Shown: positions 7,820 through 17,994 of the stretch, in pieces
How the letters are laid out: every line of letters begins with the position of its first letter
Numbering within the stretch: the first letter of the stretch is position 1
NCBI GenBank assembly: GCA_035530075.1
Contig: DATKVM010000007.1
Coordinates: forward strand, 1-62,073
Direction of reading: 5' to 3'
From: Patescibacteria group bacterium
GTDB lineage: Bacteria; Patescibacteriota; Microgenomatia; UM-FILTER-40-11
DNA: 62,073 nucleotides
Notes under the pieces: generated by a model
What the model saw: the letters and a program-made list of their open reading frames with translations, nothing else
Told to the model about the DNA's origin: nothing
Database searches by the model: none
Translations under genes and position numbers: made by a program

Positions 7820-9154
7820 ATGAAGATTAAAAGAGTCATTGTCGGTTTGGAGGTTCATCTCGAGTTGAGAACCCGATCGAAAATGTTTTGCTCTTGCCCG
7901 GCCAATCATTTCGGCCGGGAGCCCAACAGCCAAACTTGTCCTGTTTGTTTGGGCTTACCCGGGGCTTTACCGGTGCCGAATCGTAAGGCGATTGAATGGA
8001 CAATCTTGCTTGGCCAAGTTTTGGGAGGAGAGGTCCAGCAGTTCGCCCGCTTTGATCGAAAAAACTATTTTTATCCTGATTTACCTAAAGGTTATCAAAT
8101 TAGCCAATACGAATTGCCTTTTATTTTGGGTGGGGGGCAGATATTAGATAGCGGAAAAGAAATTCATATCCGCCGGGTCCATCTGGAGGAGGACACGGGG
8201 AAACTTATTCATCAAAGGATTAATGGCAAAGAATGGACTTTGATTGATTTTAACCGGAGCGGTGTCCCTTTAGTGGAAATCGTTTCTGAGCCGGATTTAA
8301 GCTCTTCAAATGACGCTAAAGAATATTTGGAAAAACTGCATCAACTAATACGCTATTTGGGGATTTCCGATGCCGATATGGAAAAAGGCAGTCTGCGGCT
8401 GGAACCAAACGTTAATTTAGAAATTGAGGATGAAGGCAAGCTTTTTTATACCCCGATTGTAGAAATTAAAAACATTAACTCATTTCGTTTTGCCAAGCGG
8501 GCGATTGACTATGAAGTTGAGCGGCAAATGACCGTTTTCCAGGAAAAAAGGGTAGAAAAAACCGAAGGCAATAAGGAAACTCGCGGTTGGGATGAAAAGC
8601 GGGGAGGGACCGTTTCTCAAAGAGTGAAAGAAGAAGCATCGGACTACCGATATTTTCCAGAGCCGGATATACCACCGATTAGGTGGAGCGAGAAAGAAGT
8701 GGCAGAGTACAAAGCACAAAGCACAAAGATCGAACTACCGAGAGCAAAAAAAGAGAGATTTGTTAAAGAATATGAGCTGACGGATTATCAAACAAATGTT
8801 TTGACCCAAGAGAGAGAAATGGCGGATTTTTTTGAAGAGACGGTTCGTTTAGGAAGAGTGAAAAATGTTTTGCCGACTGAGGTGGCTAATGTTATAATTA
8901 ATAGGCGCTTCCCGGCCGGATTGTCGGCGGTTGAGCTGGCCGATTTCGTTGCTTCCAGCAAAGAAAAAGTCGAGTTATCTCGCGAGGAATTAGACCGGGC
9001 AATAACTGAGGCGATCGAAGAAAACCCGGCCACAGTTGAGGGCTTTCGGAAAGGCAAGCCGCAAGCTTTAGGGGCGATTGTCGGCCAGATTCGCCAAAAA
9101 ACCGGGGTAGTGGTTTCGATAGAAGAAATTATCAAAAGAATTAAAAAGGATTAG
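7820..9154 (+). CDS. gatB: Asp/Glu-tRNA amidotransferase subunit B
   Basis: 444 aa. VIGLEVHLEL...CSCPANHF...CPVCLGLPGALP and HLEEDTGK are typical of GatB. Confidence 0.9.
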   Translation: MKIKRVIVGLEVHLELRTRSKMFCSCPANHFGREPNSQTCPVCLGLPGALPVPNRKAIEWTILLGQVLGGEVQQFARFDRKNYFYPDLPKGYQISQYELPFILGGGQILDSGKEIHIRRVHLEEDTGKLIHQRINGKEWTLIDFNRSGVPLVEIVSEPDLSSSNDAKEYLEKLHQLIRYLGISDADMEKGSLRLEPNVNLEIEDEGKLFYTPIVEIKNINSFRFAKRAIDYEVERQMTVFQEKRVEKTEGNKETRGWDEKRGGTVSQRVKEEASDYRYFPEPDIPPIRWSEKEVAEYKAQSTKIELPRAKKERFVKEYELTDYQTNVLTQEREMADFFEETVRLGRVKNVLPTEVANVIINRRFPAGLSAVELADFVASSKEKVELSREELDRAITEAIEENPATVEGFRKGKPQALGAIVGQIRQKTGVVVSIEEIIKRIKKD

Positions 9155-9173
9155 AGAAGGGACCGGATTTATT

Positions 9174-12100
9174 ATGGGAAAATTTGTTCATCTTCATGTT
9201 CACTCGGAATATTCGCTCCTGGACGGTTTGAGCAAAATTCCCGATTTGATTAAAAAGACTAAAGAATTGGGAATGGAGGCAATCGCTTTAACCGATCACG
9301 GAGCAATGTACGGAGCGATTAAGTTCTATAACAAAGCCAAAGAGGCCGGAATTAAGCCGATTATTGGGGTGGAAACTTATATGGCCAAAAATTCCCGTTT
9401 TGATAAGGTAGCGGGAGAGGATAATGATCAATACCATTTAATTCTCCTGGCCAAAAATAATCTTGGCTATCGGAATTTAATGAAGTTGGTGACTAAAGCC
9501 AATCTTGAGGGTTTTTATTATAAGCCCCGAGTAGACATGGAGCTTTTGCAGGAATATCATGAGGGCCTTATTGCTTCCAGCGCTTGTCTGAGCGGCGTTA
9601 TTCCTTCACTTTTACGACAGAAATCTTTTGCCGAGGCAAAGAAAAAGGCCCAGGAATTGGTGGATATTTTCGGTAAAGATTTCTATTTGGAAATTATGGA
9701 CAACACTATTCCCGACCAAAAGAAAGTTAACAAGGAAATAATTAAGCTTTCCCGGGAGTTAGCTATTCCCCTTATTGCCACGAACGACTGCCATTATTTA
9801 AATAAGGAAGATGCGGAAGCTCAAGATGCTCTCTTGGCCATTCAAACTCAAAGGAAAATCGCTGATAAGGACCGGCTTTCTATGGGCCAGTGGCCTGACT
9901 TTTATTTAAAATCTCCGGAGGAGATGGAAGCTGCCTTTAGGGAATATCCCGATGCCTTAGAAAACACAGTGAAAATTGCCGAAAAGTGTGAGGTGGAAAT
10001 TCCGACCGGCAAGATGATATTTCCGGCCTTTCCGGTTCCCGAAGGGGAAACCAGCGAATCGTATTTTAAAAAGCGAGTTTTTGAAGAACTGCCCAAACGA
10101 TTCCCGAATACGTCAAAGGAAATCGTTGATCGGTTGGAGTATGAAATTGAAGTCATTTCTAAAAAAGGCTTTGCCACTTATTTTTTGGTCGTTTCTGATT
10201 TTGTTAATTGGGCGAAAAGTCAAGAAATTCGTGTCGGCCCCGGCCGAGGTTCGGTCGCCGGTTCACTTGTCTCCTTCGTTTTGCGAATCACTTCCATTAA
10301 TCCTTTAGAGCATCAGCTGCCGTTTGAGCGGTTTATGAATCCTTTTCGGCCGACGCCCCCGGATATCGATTTGGATTTTGCCGACGACCGGCGAGACGAA
10401 GTGATTGAATATGTTCGGGAGAAATATGGCCGGGATCGGGTTGCTCAGATTATTACTTACGGCACGATTGAAGCCAGGATGGCCGTTCGCGATATTGCTC
10501 GAATTTTAGATTTTCCTTACGCCACGGGTGACCGGCTGGCGAAAATGATACCGATGGGAGCTCAAGGGAGTCATATGACAATTGAACTCGCTCTGAAAGG
10601 CTCACCCGAGCTTAAAGCTGCTTACGAGGCGGAGCCAGAGACTAAAAAAATCCTTGACTTGGCGGCTAAAATTGTCGGCGTTTCCCGCCAGGCCTCGGTT
10701 CACGCGGCCGGCTTGGTCATTGCCGATAAAGATATTACCGAGTATACCCCTCTTCAATATGATACCGCTCGCGAGAAAATCGTTACTCAATATGATATGT
10801 ATTCGATGGATTTGAATGTCTCTGACAACGCGATTGGGCTTTTGAAAATGGACTTTTTGGGCTTGCGCAATTTAACTATCCTTGAGAAAGCTAAAGAGTA
10901 TGTTAAGCAAAAAGACGGGGTGGAAGTGGACATTTCCGGCATTCCGTTAGATGACAAAAAGGTCTTTGAGATGATTTCCCGCGGCGAGACGACCGGCGTT
11001 TTCCAGCTGGAATCAGGAGGGATGAGGCGACTGGCCCGGCAAATTCAGCCTAACCGTTTCTCTGATTTGGGAGTGATGATTGCCCTTTACCGCCCCGGGC
11101 CGATGCAGTTTATTCCCGACTTTGTTGCCGGTAAAGCCAATGAAAAAAAAATTACCTATCTTCATCCGGACCTAAAGCAGATTTTAGCGGAAACTTACGG
11201 CATTGCTGTTTATCAGGAGCAGTGTTTACAGATTGCCAACGTGATTGCTGGCTACAGTTTAGGCGAAGCAGACGTTTTGCGCCGAGCTATCGGGAAGAAG
11301 AAAAAAGAGATTATGGAAAAAGAAAAGGCCAAGTTTATGGAAGGAGCCGCGAAGCGGGGTTATAAAAAGGAAATGGCGGAGGCGGTTTTCGGCTTGATTG
11401 AAAAGTTTGCCGGCTACGGATTTAATAAAGCCCATTCGACCAGCTACGCCATGATTGCCTACCAAACTGCTTGGATGAAGGCTAATTTTCCGGTGGAATT
11501 TATGGCCGCTTTGCTAACAGCAGAGTCGCAAAATGCGGACAAGATTGCCTTGGCTGTCGACGAATGCCATAAAATGGCGATTATTATCCTGCCGCCAGAT
11601 ATTAACTCCTCCTTTGCCGGCTTTACCATTGAAGCCAGCGAAAAATCTTTAAATCAGAAAGCCGTCCGTTTCGGCTTTACGGCAATTAAAAATGTCGGTG
11701 AGGCGGCGATTGAGGAAATTCTCAAAGCTCGAGAAGTCGGCGGCCCTTTCAAAAGCTTTTGTGATTTTTACTTGCGAGTTAACGGTCAGAAAGTCAACAA
11801 GAAAGTTTTAGAGAGTTTAATTAAGGCGGGGGCGATGGACCGTTTTGGCCGACGCGCCTCGATGTTAGCCGGTCTGGACGTCTTAAGGAATAGGTGCGAT
11901 CTTATTTTGAGACAGCGTTCTCAAGGCCAAGCTACCCTTTTTGGCGAGAGTTCGGCTCCCGAAACTACCATTCCAGAGGATAATTTTCCGGTGATTGATG
12001 AGTTTAAAAAAGAAGAATTGATGAGCCTGGAGAAGGCCCTTTTGGGTTTTTATTTAACGGAACACCCCTTAAAGGAAGTGATGGCCGCCTTGGCGATCGA

Positions 12101-12614
12101 AGTTAATCAAAAAGTTGGGGAGATTGAAGAAAATGTGGCGGCCGGTGAAAAGGTCGTCTTAGGGGGAATTTTAAGCTCCTTGCGGCAAGTGGTGACGAAA
12201 AAGAATAATGCCGAGATGGCCTTTGGTAGTCTAGAGGATGAAACCGGTAAAATCGAATTGGTTATCTTCCCCAAAGTTTACACGGCTCAAAAAGAAGTTT
12301 GGGTTAAAGATAAAGCGGTGGTTATCGAGGGAAAGTTAGAAAGGCGGGAGGATACTTTGACTATCTTAGTTGACAGTGGGCGCCTTCTTTCCGCCGAGGA
12401 TAATCATTACGATTTTGTCGTCCGTATTCCTAAAAGAACCAGCCAAAAAATTTTAATGGGGATAAATAAACTCTTAAAGATAAATCCGGGCGAGAAAATT
12501 GGGGCTTTAGTTTTTGAAAACGGCAATGGTAGCCCGAAAAAGTTGGAACTTAACTTCGGGGTAGACTTTACCCCGGAGCTGGAAACCCAACTAAAATCGT
12601 TATTGCAAAGTTAG
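9174..12614 (+). CDS. dnaE: DNA polymerase III alpha subunit
   Basis: 1146 aa. It has an N-terminal PHP region (HLHVHSEYSLLDG), the polymerase core (PDIDLDF, FNKAHSTSYA) and a C-terminal OB-fold region. Confidence 0.95.
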   Translation: MGKFVHLHVHSEYSLLDGLSKIPDLIKKTKELGMEAIALTDHGAMYGAIKFYNKAKEAGIKPIIGVETYMAKNSRFDKVAGEDNDQYHLILLAKNNLGYRNLMKLVTKANLEGFYYKPRVDMELLQEYHEGLIASSACLSGVIPSLLRQKSFAEAKKKAQELVDIFGKDFYLEIMDNTIPDQKKVNKEIIKLSRELAIPLIATNDCHYLNKEDAEAQDALLAIQTQRKIADKDRLSMGQWPDFYLKSPEEMEAAFREYPDALENTVKIAEKCEVEIPTGKMIFPAFPVPEGETSESYFKKRVFEELPKRFPNTSKEIVDRLEYEIEVISKKGFATYFLVVSDFVNWAKSQEIRVGPGRGSVAGSLVSFVLRITSINPLEHQLPFERFMNPFRPTPPDIDLDFADDRRDEVIEYVREKYGRDRVAQIITYGTIEARMAVRDIARILDFPYATGDRLAKMIPMGAQGSHMTIELALKGSPELKAAYEAEPETKKILDLAAKIVGVSRQASVHAAGLVIADKDITEYTPLQYDTAREKIVTQYDMYSMDLNVSDNAIGLLKMDFLGLRNLTILEKAKEYVKQKDGVEVDISGIPLDDKKVFEMISRGETTGVFQLESGGMRRLARQIQPNRFSDLGVMIALYRPGPMQFIPDFVAGKANEKKITYLHPDLKQILAETYGIAVYQEQCLQIANVIAGYSLGEADVLRRAIGKKKKEIMEKEKAKFMEGAAKRGYKKEMAEAVFGLIEKFAGYGFNKAHSTSYAMIAYQTAWMKANFPVEFMAALLTAESQNADKIALAVDECHKMAIIILPPDINSSFAGFTIEASEKSLNQKAVRFGFTAIKNVGEAAIEEILKAREVGGPFKSFCDFYLRVNGQKVNKKVLESLIKAGAMDRFGRRASMLAGLDVLRNRCDLILRQRSQGQATLFGESSAPETTIPEDNFPVIDEFKKEELMSLEKALLGFYLTEHPLKEVMAALAIEVNQKVGEIEENVAAGEKVVLGGILSSLRQVVTKKNNAEMAFGSLEDETGKIELVIFPKVYTAQKEVWVKDKAVVIEGKLERREDTLTILVDSGRLLSAEDNHYDFVVRIPKRTSQKILMGINKLLKINPGEKIGALVFENGNGSPKKLELNFGVDFTPELETQLKSLLQS

Positions 12615-12657
12615 GCTCTTTAGCTTAAAATATGCCAGTTATTTAACTTTAACTTAT

Positions 12658-12954
12658 ATGGCAAATCAGATCGTGGTAAAAGGGACTAAAATCAGCATCG
12701 GCGATATTATCAGCGTTCAACAGACTATCAAGGAGGATGACAAAGAAAGAACCCAGACTTTTGAAGGCCGGGTAATTGCGATTAAGGGCCGGGAGCCGAA
12801 CCAGACCTTTACGGTGCGCAAAATTGCCTCAATGAATATTGGAGTGGAAAGAATTTTCCCGGTTAACCTGCCCTCAATTACCAAAGTGGAAGTGAAAAAG
12901 TCAATTCCTCCCCGCCGCGCCAAGCTTTATTACTTGCGAAACCAGACTAAGTAA
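12658..12954 (+). CDS. rplS: 50S ribosomal protein L19
   Basis: 98 aa. GDIISV...TQTFEGRVIAIKG...TFTVRKI..GVERIFP is L19-like. Confidence 0.85.
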   Translation: MANQIVVKGTKISIGDIISVQQTIKEDDKERTQTFEGRVIAIKGREPNQTFTVRKIASMNIGVERIFPVNLPSITKVEVKKSIPPRRAKLYYLRNQTK

Positions 12955-13313
12955 TGGATAGGCTTTCACTCGGGAAACTGGGTGAAAGAATTGCTGCTAA
13001 CTACTTATCTTCTCGAGGTTACCGAATAATCGAAATGAATTTTTATAAGCGCTGGGGTGAGATTGATATTGTGGCTAGAGATGATGATACCCTGGTGTTC
13101 GTAGAGGTAAAGACCAGGATGGTTGGTGACCGGATTTCTCCCGAAGAGTCGATAACAGCTCATAAAATCAATTCTTTGAAAAAAAGCGCCTTATTCTATA
13201 AAATGAAACACCCCGAACTTCCGGAAGCTTTAAGAATTGATTTTGTGGGGATTGAATTAGATGAAGGTTTAAAGGCTAAAAGAATAAATTTAATCAAGAA
13301 TATTACTGGTTAA
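12954..13313 (+). CDS. yraN: YraN-family (UPF0102) endonuclease-like protein
   Basis: 119 aa. GERIAANYLSSRGYRIIEMNF..RWGEIDIVA...LVFVEVKTR matches UPF0102. The ATG overlaps the rplS stop (TAATG). Confidence 0.8.
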   Translation: MDRLSLGKLGERIAANYLSSRGYRIIEMNFYKRWGEIDIVARDDDTLVFVEVKTRMVGDRISPEESITAHKINSLKKSALFYKMKHPELPEALRIDFVGIELDEGLKAKRINLIKNITG

Positions 13314-13662
13314 GATCTTGCTGTCTCAACCTATCAAAATATTCAGACTTTAAACCAAGATATCTTCCACAAAGTCCTCTATATTCACCCATAATTCTTT
13401 GTCTTTCTTCAAGCGAAACACCGTGATTTCTAAGAATAATATCTAAAGAAATTGCAATACCTTTGGCGTGCCGGGTGGGATCATCTGGAATATCATGAGC
13501 CACTAATGAATATGCCATTTCCACATCATTCTGGCCATTTTCCGATCTTGGCCTTAAGGCTTCTGCCACTGCAGGTTCTGTTTCTCTTAGATTAGTTAAT
13601 ATTACATTAAGTAAACAGTGCTGAACTGCTTCGATTGGTCGAACCCCACTTCTTTCTGTCAT
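13303..13662 (-). CDS. Hypothetical protein
   Basis: 119-aa ORF with no family recognised. Its 3' end overlaps yraN convergently by 11 nt. Confidence 0.4.
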   Translation of the reverse strand: MTERSGVRPIEAVQHCLLNVILTNLRETEPAVAEALRPRSENGQNDVEMAYSLVAHDIPDDPTRHAKGIAISLDIILRNHGVSLEERQRIMGEYRGLCGRYLGLKSEYFDRLRQQDLNQ

Positions 13663-13876
13663 CTTAAAAAAGAGTCCTTTCTAAATTGTTTTTATTTTAA
13701 CACAATAGTCAATAACAGATGAATCAGTCAATCAAGCAATAAATAAAAATGACCTAAGCGGAGAGAATTGAGGTGTGAACCTATCCGATCTGGAAGGCGT
13801 AACAGGTTCAGACCTCTTCAGACCAGGGTAGAAGGATTAATTTGATAAAAAATATTTCTTCCTGAAATGAAGAATA

Positions 13877-13905
13877 TTGGCTTTTAGGGTTTTGCTTTGT
13901 ATAAT
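13877..13905 (+). promoter_or_regulatory. sigma70-like promoter with leaderless spacing
   Basis: TTGGCT (13877-13882), a 17-nt spacer and TATAAT (13900-13905). The ATG at 13912 follows after 6 nt. Confidence 0.55.
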
Positions 13906-13911
13906 TCCCTT

Positions 13912-14682
13912 ATGGGGGCGGATGATAAAGAGGCAACAAGTGGTCCAACTTCTCCGGAAAGCCCTATTTCCAAAGACGAGGCAATCAAAGAACTGAAAAG
14001 TCTCCGTGATGGTTTAGGCCAAAAAGCCAGCGGGCCAAGGCTAGGCCAAGGGGCGCAAAAGATATTTGATGAAATGGCCTCTGAGGAAATTGCATTTAGA
14101 CAGTGTGAGGAGCACCTCGGACCAGGCAGAAATCCACAAAAGTTTTTGGATCCGCTTTGTGAGTTTTTTGGTAAATTCGGCCCTTTTAGGTTAGCCCTAA
14201 AAAATTATATCGAGGTTGGCGATTTTGGTGTTTGGGATGTCTCGATAACTAACGTCATGGAGGTATTGGGAGCACTTCGACAAGAGGGAGTTGCGGTGCA
14301 GGAGTTTAGGAATCTAACTTCGCAGGCTAAAAGATTGGGGTTGTTCAAGGGAAAAGAACTCATAGATAGGCGGACCGGAAAAACTAAAACAGTTCGAAAT
14401 TTGGCGACCGTGAGAGAAATAGACGGCGGGCGGACTCTTAACGTCTTTACTGGTTATGATGAGGAGGTTAAGCCGGCTGACGTCTTAAAAGACATTCTTC
14501 ATGACCTTGTTCGTTATATGTCTGAAACCGGATTTGATAGTCAAACAGGAGAGCTTCCAGCCAGAAACAAGTCTACCGAGATGAAGTATGCCTACGATTT
14601 ACCTCAGCTTGATATTTTTTTGGTAACCATGGATAGCCTTCTCAACACAATTGATTTTTTGAAAGACATTGCCAGAGGATAA
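13912..14682 (+). CDS. Hypothetical protein
   Basis: 256-aa ORF from the ATG at 13912 (the track starts at TTG 13897). No family was recognised. Confidence 0.5.
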   Translation: MGADDKEATSGPTSPESPISKDEAIKELKSLRDGLGQKASGPRLGQGAQKIFDEMASEEIAFRQCEEHLGPGRNPQKFLDPLCEFFGKFGPFRLALKNYIEVGDFGVWDVSITNVMEVLGALRQEGVAVQEFRNLTSQAKRLGLFKGKELIDRRTGKTKTVRNLATVREIDGGRTLNVFTGYDEEVKPADVLKDILHDLVRYMSETGFDSQTGELPARNKSTEMKYAYDLPQLDIFLVTMDSLLNTIDFLKDIARG

Positions 14683-14717
14683 TTTCTATGTAAACTTCTC
14701 ATCCGAGCGCCACACTT

Positions 14718-14867
14718 GATGAGCACGATGGCCAATATCGTAATTTTTCCCATCGGAATACTTAAATTTTATTGGAAACGATTCATAAAGGAAGAAATGG
14801 ATGAGCTTTTTCAGGAAATGGTAGAAGAAATAAAAAAAAGAGTAAGGGGAAAAATGAATAAAGACTA
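14718..14867 (+). CDS. Possible small protein (49 aa), below the ORF-track cutoff
   Basis: MSTMANIVIFPIGILKFYWKRFIKEEMDELFQEMVEEIKKRVRGKMNKD has a hydrophobic N-terminus and a charged tail. No clear SD was seen. Confidence 0.2.
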
Positions 14868-16019
14868 AGTAATTTTCTGTTTCTTAAGAAAATAGATATT
14901 AAGTAGATAGAGCGTAAAGGTTCCGTAAAAAGTATGCGACAGGATTAAAGATTTCGGGAATTCCGAAAAAGACTCCGGGTTTTTTAAATTCCAGCTAACC
15001 AAAAGATAAGCAAGGACCAGGAGTAAGCCTGGCCAAACTTTCTTTGATTTGGCGACGTAATATCCCAGGGTAATAATCGGGAATATTAGCCAGACGAAGT
15101 GATGTTGCCAGGAGAGGGTATCAACCAGAAGCAGGGTGATAATAAATAACGATAGTCCCAAGTCTTCTTTCTTTTTGATTAAGGTCAAACGCGAAGTGAC
15201 TAAAATCAGAAAGGCGGAAATGGCGGCGGTTAAATATTTGCGAGTCCCTATATCGCCAAATATCCTCGAAACGAAACCCATTATTCCCTGGTTGTAGTAA
15301 ACTTCTCTGCCAGAGAGAACCAGAAAGTGCGGGATGACTTCTTTGGCCCAGTAAACAAAAACTCCGGGGCCGGTGATTAATAAAGCGGCGGCCAGCCCGA
15401 GAAGAATCGTCAGGCCGGCAGATAAGATCATTTTCCATTGCCTCTTCAAAATGAAGAAAAGAAAGAAGAAGGCCAGTATTGGCTTTAAAGAAACGCAGAT
15501 GCCCAAGAGGACACCAGACTTTCCCAATTCCTGTCTTTTATAAAAAGAGTATGAAAGAAGAAATGGGAAAAATACGATGGTGTTTATTTGGCCCATACCC
15601 AAAGTAAATTTGGTTGGAAAGGCCAAGAATATCAAAGAGAGCGAGAGTAAAAAATATTTCCACTTGAATTTTAAATTGAGAATTTTGAAGGACAGATAAG
15701 AACAGAAGATGGTGGCAAAAAAGCTTAAAATAACAAATATTGCTTGAGCAATTTTATAGGGCAAGATAATTAAGGGCGCATAGTAAAGGAAAGTTATGGG
15801 GACGTTGGGGTTAAGAGTAAAAAGATGGGGATTACCATAAGGATTTTGGTGTTGCCAAAAATCTTTGGCAGAAAACCAAAGAATGCTGAAATCAGGGGCC
15901 GATGAGGCAATAATCCGGTAAATTGAATAAATTGTCCAAGCCAGTACAAATATGCTTAAAAAAATGACAGAGCCTTTCAAAATTTTACTTTTGTTTTTTG
16001 ATAGAAGTTTACGAATCAC
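14865..16019 (-). CDS. Polytopic membrane protein, GT-C-type glycosyltransferase-like (DUF2029/GT87-like)
   Basis: 384 aa with about 10 or more TM helices and a layout like mannosyltransferase/DUF2029 proteins. The family assignment is from memory only. Confidence 0.45.
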   Translation of the reverse strand: MIRKLLSKNKSKILKGSVIFLSIFVLAWTIYSIYRIIASSAPDFSILWFSAKDFWQHQNPYGNPHLFTLNPNVPITFLYYAPLIILPYKIAQAIFVILSFFATIFCSYLSFKILNLKFKWKYFLLSLSLIFLAFPTKFTLGMGQINTIVFFPFLLSYSFYKRQELGKSGVLLGICVSLKPILAFFFLFFILKRQWKMILSAGLTILLGLAAALLITGPGVFVYWAKEVIPHFLVLSGREVYYNQGIMGFVSRIFGDIGTRKYLTAAISAFLILVTSRLTLIKKKEDLGLSLFIITLLLVDTLSWQHHFVWLIFPIITLGYYVAKSKKVWPGLLLVLAYLLVSWNLKNPESFSEFPKSLILSHTFYGTFTLYLLNIYFLKKQKIT

Positions 16020-16105
16020 TTCGTTTATTTTAACTTCTCGTAGTGTAGATGTCTAAAGGGTGAACTTGATAAAAAATACTAGTTAGAATATATTATGCAC
16101 ATTCT

Positions 16106-16597
16106 ATGGTTGAGATTGAAAAGGTTGAAAAGGCTAAAAGAAAAGAAAATTTAGTGTTGGCGAAGGTGGCAAGAGCGATTCTATTGGATGAAAAAGAGCG
16201 AGTGTTGCTAGGCGTGAGGGCGAAGGGAGATGAGGCCGGAAAATGGGCCTTAATTGGCGGTAAGCCGAATGAGAAAGAAAGTTTGGAGAGAGCCGTCATT
16301 AGGGAGGTCTGGGAAGAAGTGGGCCTATCTTTCTACCCTGAGCGCTATCGGGAAATTATTGGTTCAGGTAAAGATACTCCGGACAGCTGGCTGATTACTT
16401 ACTTTTGGGGTTATGTTGAACCAACAGGTATTAATCTCAATCCAGAAGAGATAATAGAGGCCAAGTTTTTTACTTTAGAAGAAGTCGGGAAGTTAGATAC
16501 CGCTTTTGACCACTGGACAGTTATTTGTGAGTTCTTTGCCAATTTTTCCACCATCCGAGAAGGCCGACAATTCCCACCCCTAAAGCTAACCACTTGA
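16106..16597 (+). CDS. NUDIX hydrolase
   Basis: Nudix box GGKPNEKESLERAVIREVWEEVGL (GX5EX7REUXEEXGU). Confidence 0.85.
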   Translation: MVEIEKVEKAKRKENLVLAKVARAILLDEKERVLLGVRAKGDEAGKWALIGGKPNEKESLERAVIREVWEEVGLSFYPERYREIIGSGKDTPDSWLITYFWGYVEPTGINLNPEEIIEAKFFTLEEVGKLDTAFDHWTVICEFFANFSTIREGRQFPPLKLTT

Positions 16598-16643
16598 GTA
16601 ACCTGCAAACACAATTTGAGAGTTAAGACAAAACAAGCTTGGC

Positions 16644-17177
16644 TTATTTGATAAAACAAAGGGTAAGTTCTTCTAACACCCGTTTTTCGTTGGGTAAAAG
16701 AACAATGGTTTCATTTTCTTCTTCCTCTCTTATTTTCCAGGTATATGACCAAAGTTCTTCATCGGGTTGCGGTAAAGGAACGCCAATAAAAGATTGATTG
16801 GTTGAGGGAAGTTCAAAAATGCAAGTTGGCGGACATCTCATCACCGGCAAATCAAAAGAAAGCATTAGCTCGCTTGGAGTAAGTGATTTAACTTGAATAA
16901 TCTCGTCGGGATTAATCAAATAATGGACGGCAATTATCCCATATGGAGAGATAACTCTTCCCCCTTTCTTTTTGATGAAATTAACAAATAATGATAAATC
17001 ATTCTCATCGACTTGATCGATGGAAACATGACCCATACCAACCCCGTCCAGAAAAAGGTTTCTTGATTGAAAGAATTGAAAATGTTCAAGGGGCGGAAAC
17101 CCCTCAAAAGGCCGGAAAGACTCGCCAGGCTTTAGACGTAACGAACTTTCAGATGTTTCTCTTTCAGCTGAAGCCAT
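16644..17177 (-). CDS. Hypothetical protein
   Basis: 177-aa ORF with no family recognised. Confidence 0.4.
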   Translation of the reverse strand: MASAERETSESSLRLKPGESFRPFEGFPPLEHFQFFQSRNLFLDGVGMGHVSIDQVDENDLSLFVNFIKKKGGRVISPYGIIAVHYLINPDEIIQVKSLTPSELMLSFDLPVMRCPPTCIFELPSTNQSFIGVPLPQPDEELWSYTWKIREEEENETIVLLPNEKRVLEELTLCFIK

Positions 17178-17204
17178 AGTTTACTGATTAAAGTAGAAGT
17201 GTAA

Positions 17205-17936
17205 TTATTGGGTTTGAATTCGGTTATAAGGATGAAAGAAAAACAAGAACATTCCTGTTGTAATCAAGGCCAGAGAGAAAAAAGTCGCCAAGTGAATTTT
17301 TCCAACAGCCCAGGTGTCAAGGCGAAAGAATTCGGTAAAGAAACGGATTAGGCCGTAAGAAATTAGGTAATAGGAGAGACCGTGAGTTTTTTGGAATTTG
17401 CTGGGCAATAGGATAAAAATTAAGAACATTACTAAGCATAAAGCCGATTCATAAAAAAAGGTGGGGTGGAAGTAAGAATTAGCCGCCAGTTGGGGTGGGC
17501 GATATTCGATGGGGACAAACATTTTCCAGGGTAAGTTAGTTGGCGGACCGAAACCCTCATAGTTAAAATAGTTGCCCAGTCGCCCTATTGCTTGAGCGAG
17601 CAGTAGGGGCGGAGCGGTTAAGTTTAAAAGATTTAAGGGGCTAAGATGTTTGAGCTTTGAATAAAGGCCAACTCCTGCTATTCCGCCCAAAATAGCGCCA
17701 AAAATCCCGAGTCCCCCCTCCCAGACCAAAAAGATTTTAAGAGGGGAGTGGGAATAATAAGAAAAAGTGGAAAAGATATGGTAAACCCTGGCGCCGATAA
17801 GAGCAAAAATAAAGGCCCAAATTAATCCCTTTTCAGCCAAAGGAAAAGAAAGCTGATATTTTTGATAATTCAGCCGACAATAAAAGTAAATGGTCAAAAG
17901 GCCGATGGCGATTAGAAGACCATAAGGTTTAATCAT
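17205..17936 (-). CDS. lgt: Prolipoprotein diacylglyceryl transferase
   Basis: 243 aa, multi-TM, with GRLGNYFNYEGFG and HPTFFYES motifs typical of Lgt. Confidence 0.85.
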   Translation of the reverse strand: MIKPYGLLIAIGLLTIYFYCRLNYQKYQLSFPLAEKGLIWAFIFALIGARVYHIFSTFSYYSHSPLKIFLVWEGGLGIFGAILGGIAGVGLYSKLKHLSPLNLLNLTAPPLLLAQAIGRLGNYFNYEGFGPPTNLPWKMFVPIEYRPPQLAANSYFHPTFFYESALCLVMFLIFILLPSKFQKTHGLSYYLISYGLIRFFTEFFRLDTWAVGKIHLATFFSLALITTGMFLFFFHPYNRIQTQ

Positions 17937-17994
17937 TAGGCGTGATTATTATCTCAGACGCAATATTCACCGTCAAATAGTCTATAATTTGCTT

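Noticed and set aside
13740-13860. Possible small RNA in the divergent spacer (7-bp stem TGAACCT/AGGTTCA and a direct repeat CAGACC-N6-CAGACC).
   Set aside because: Only one short helix could be drawn. It resembles no RNA family I know and has no clear promoter or terminator, so the support is too weak to call.
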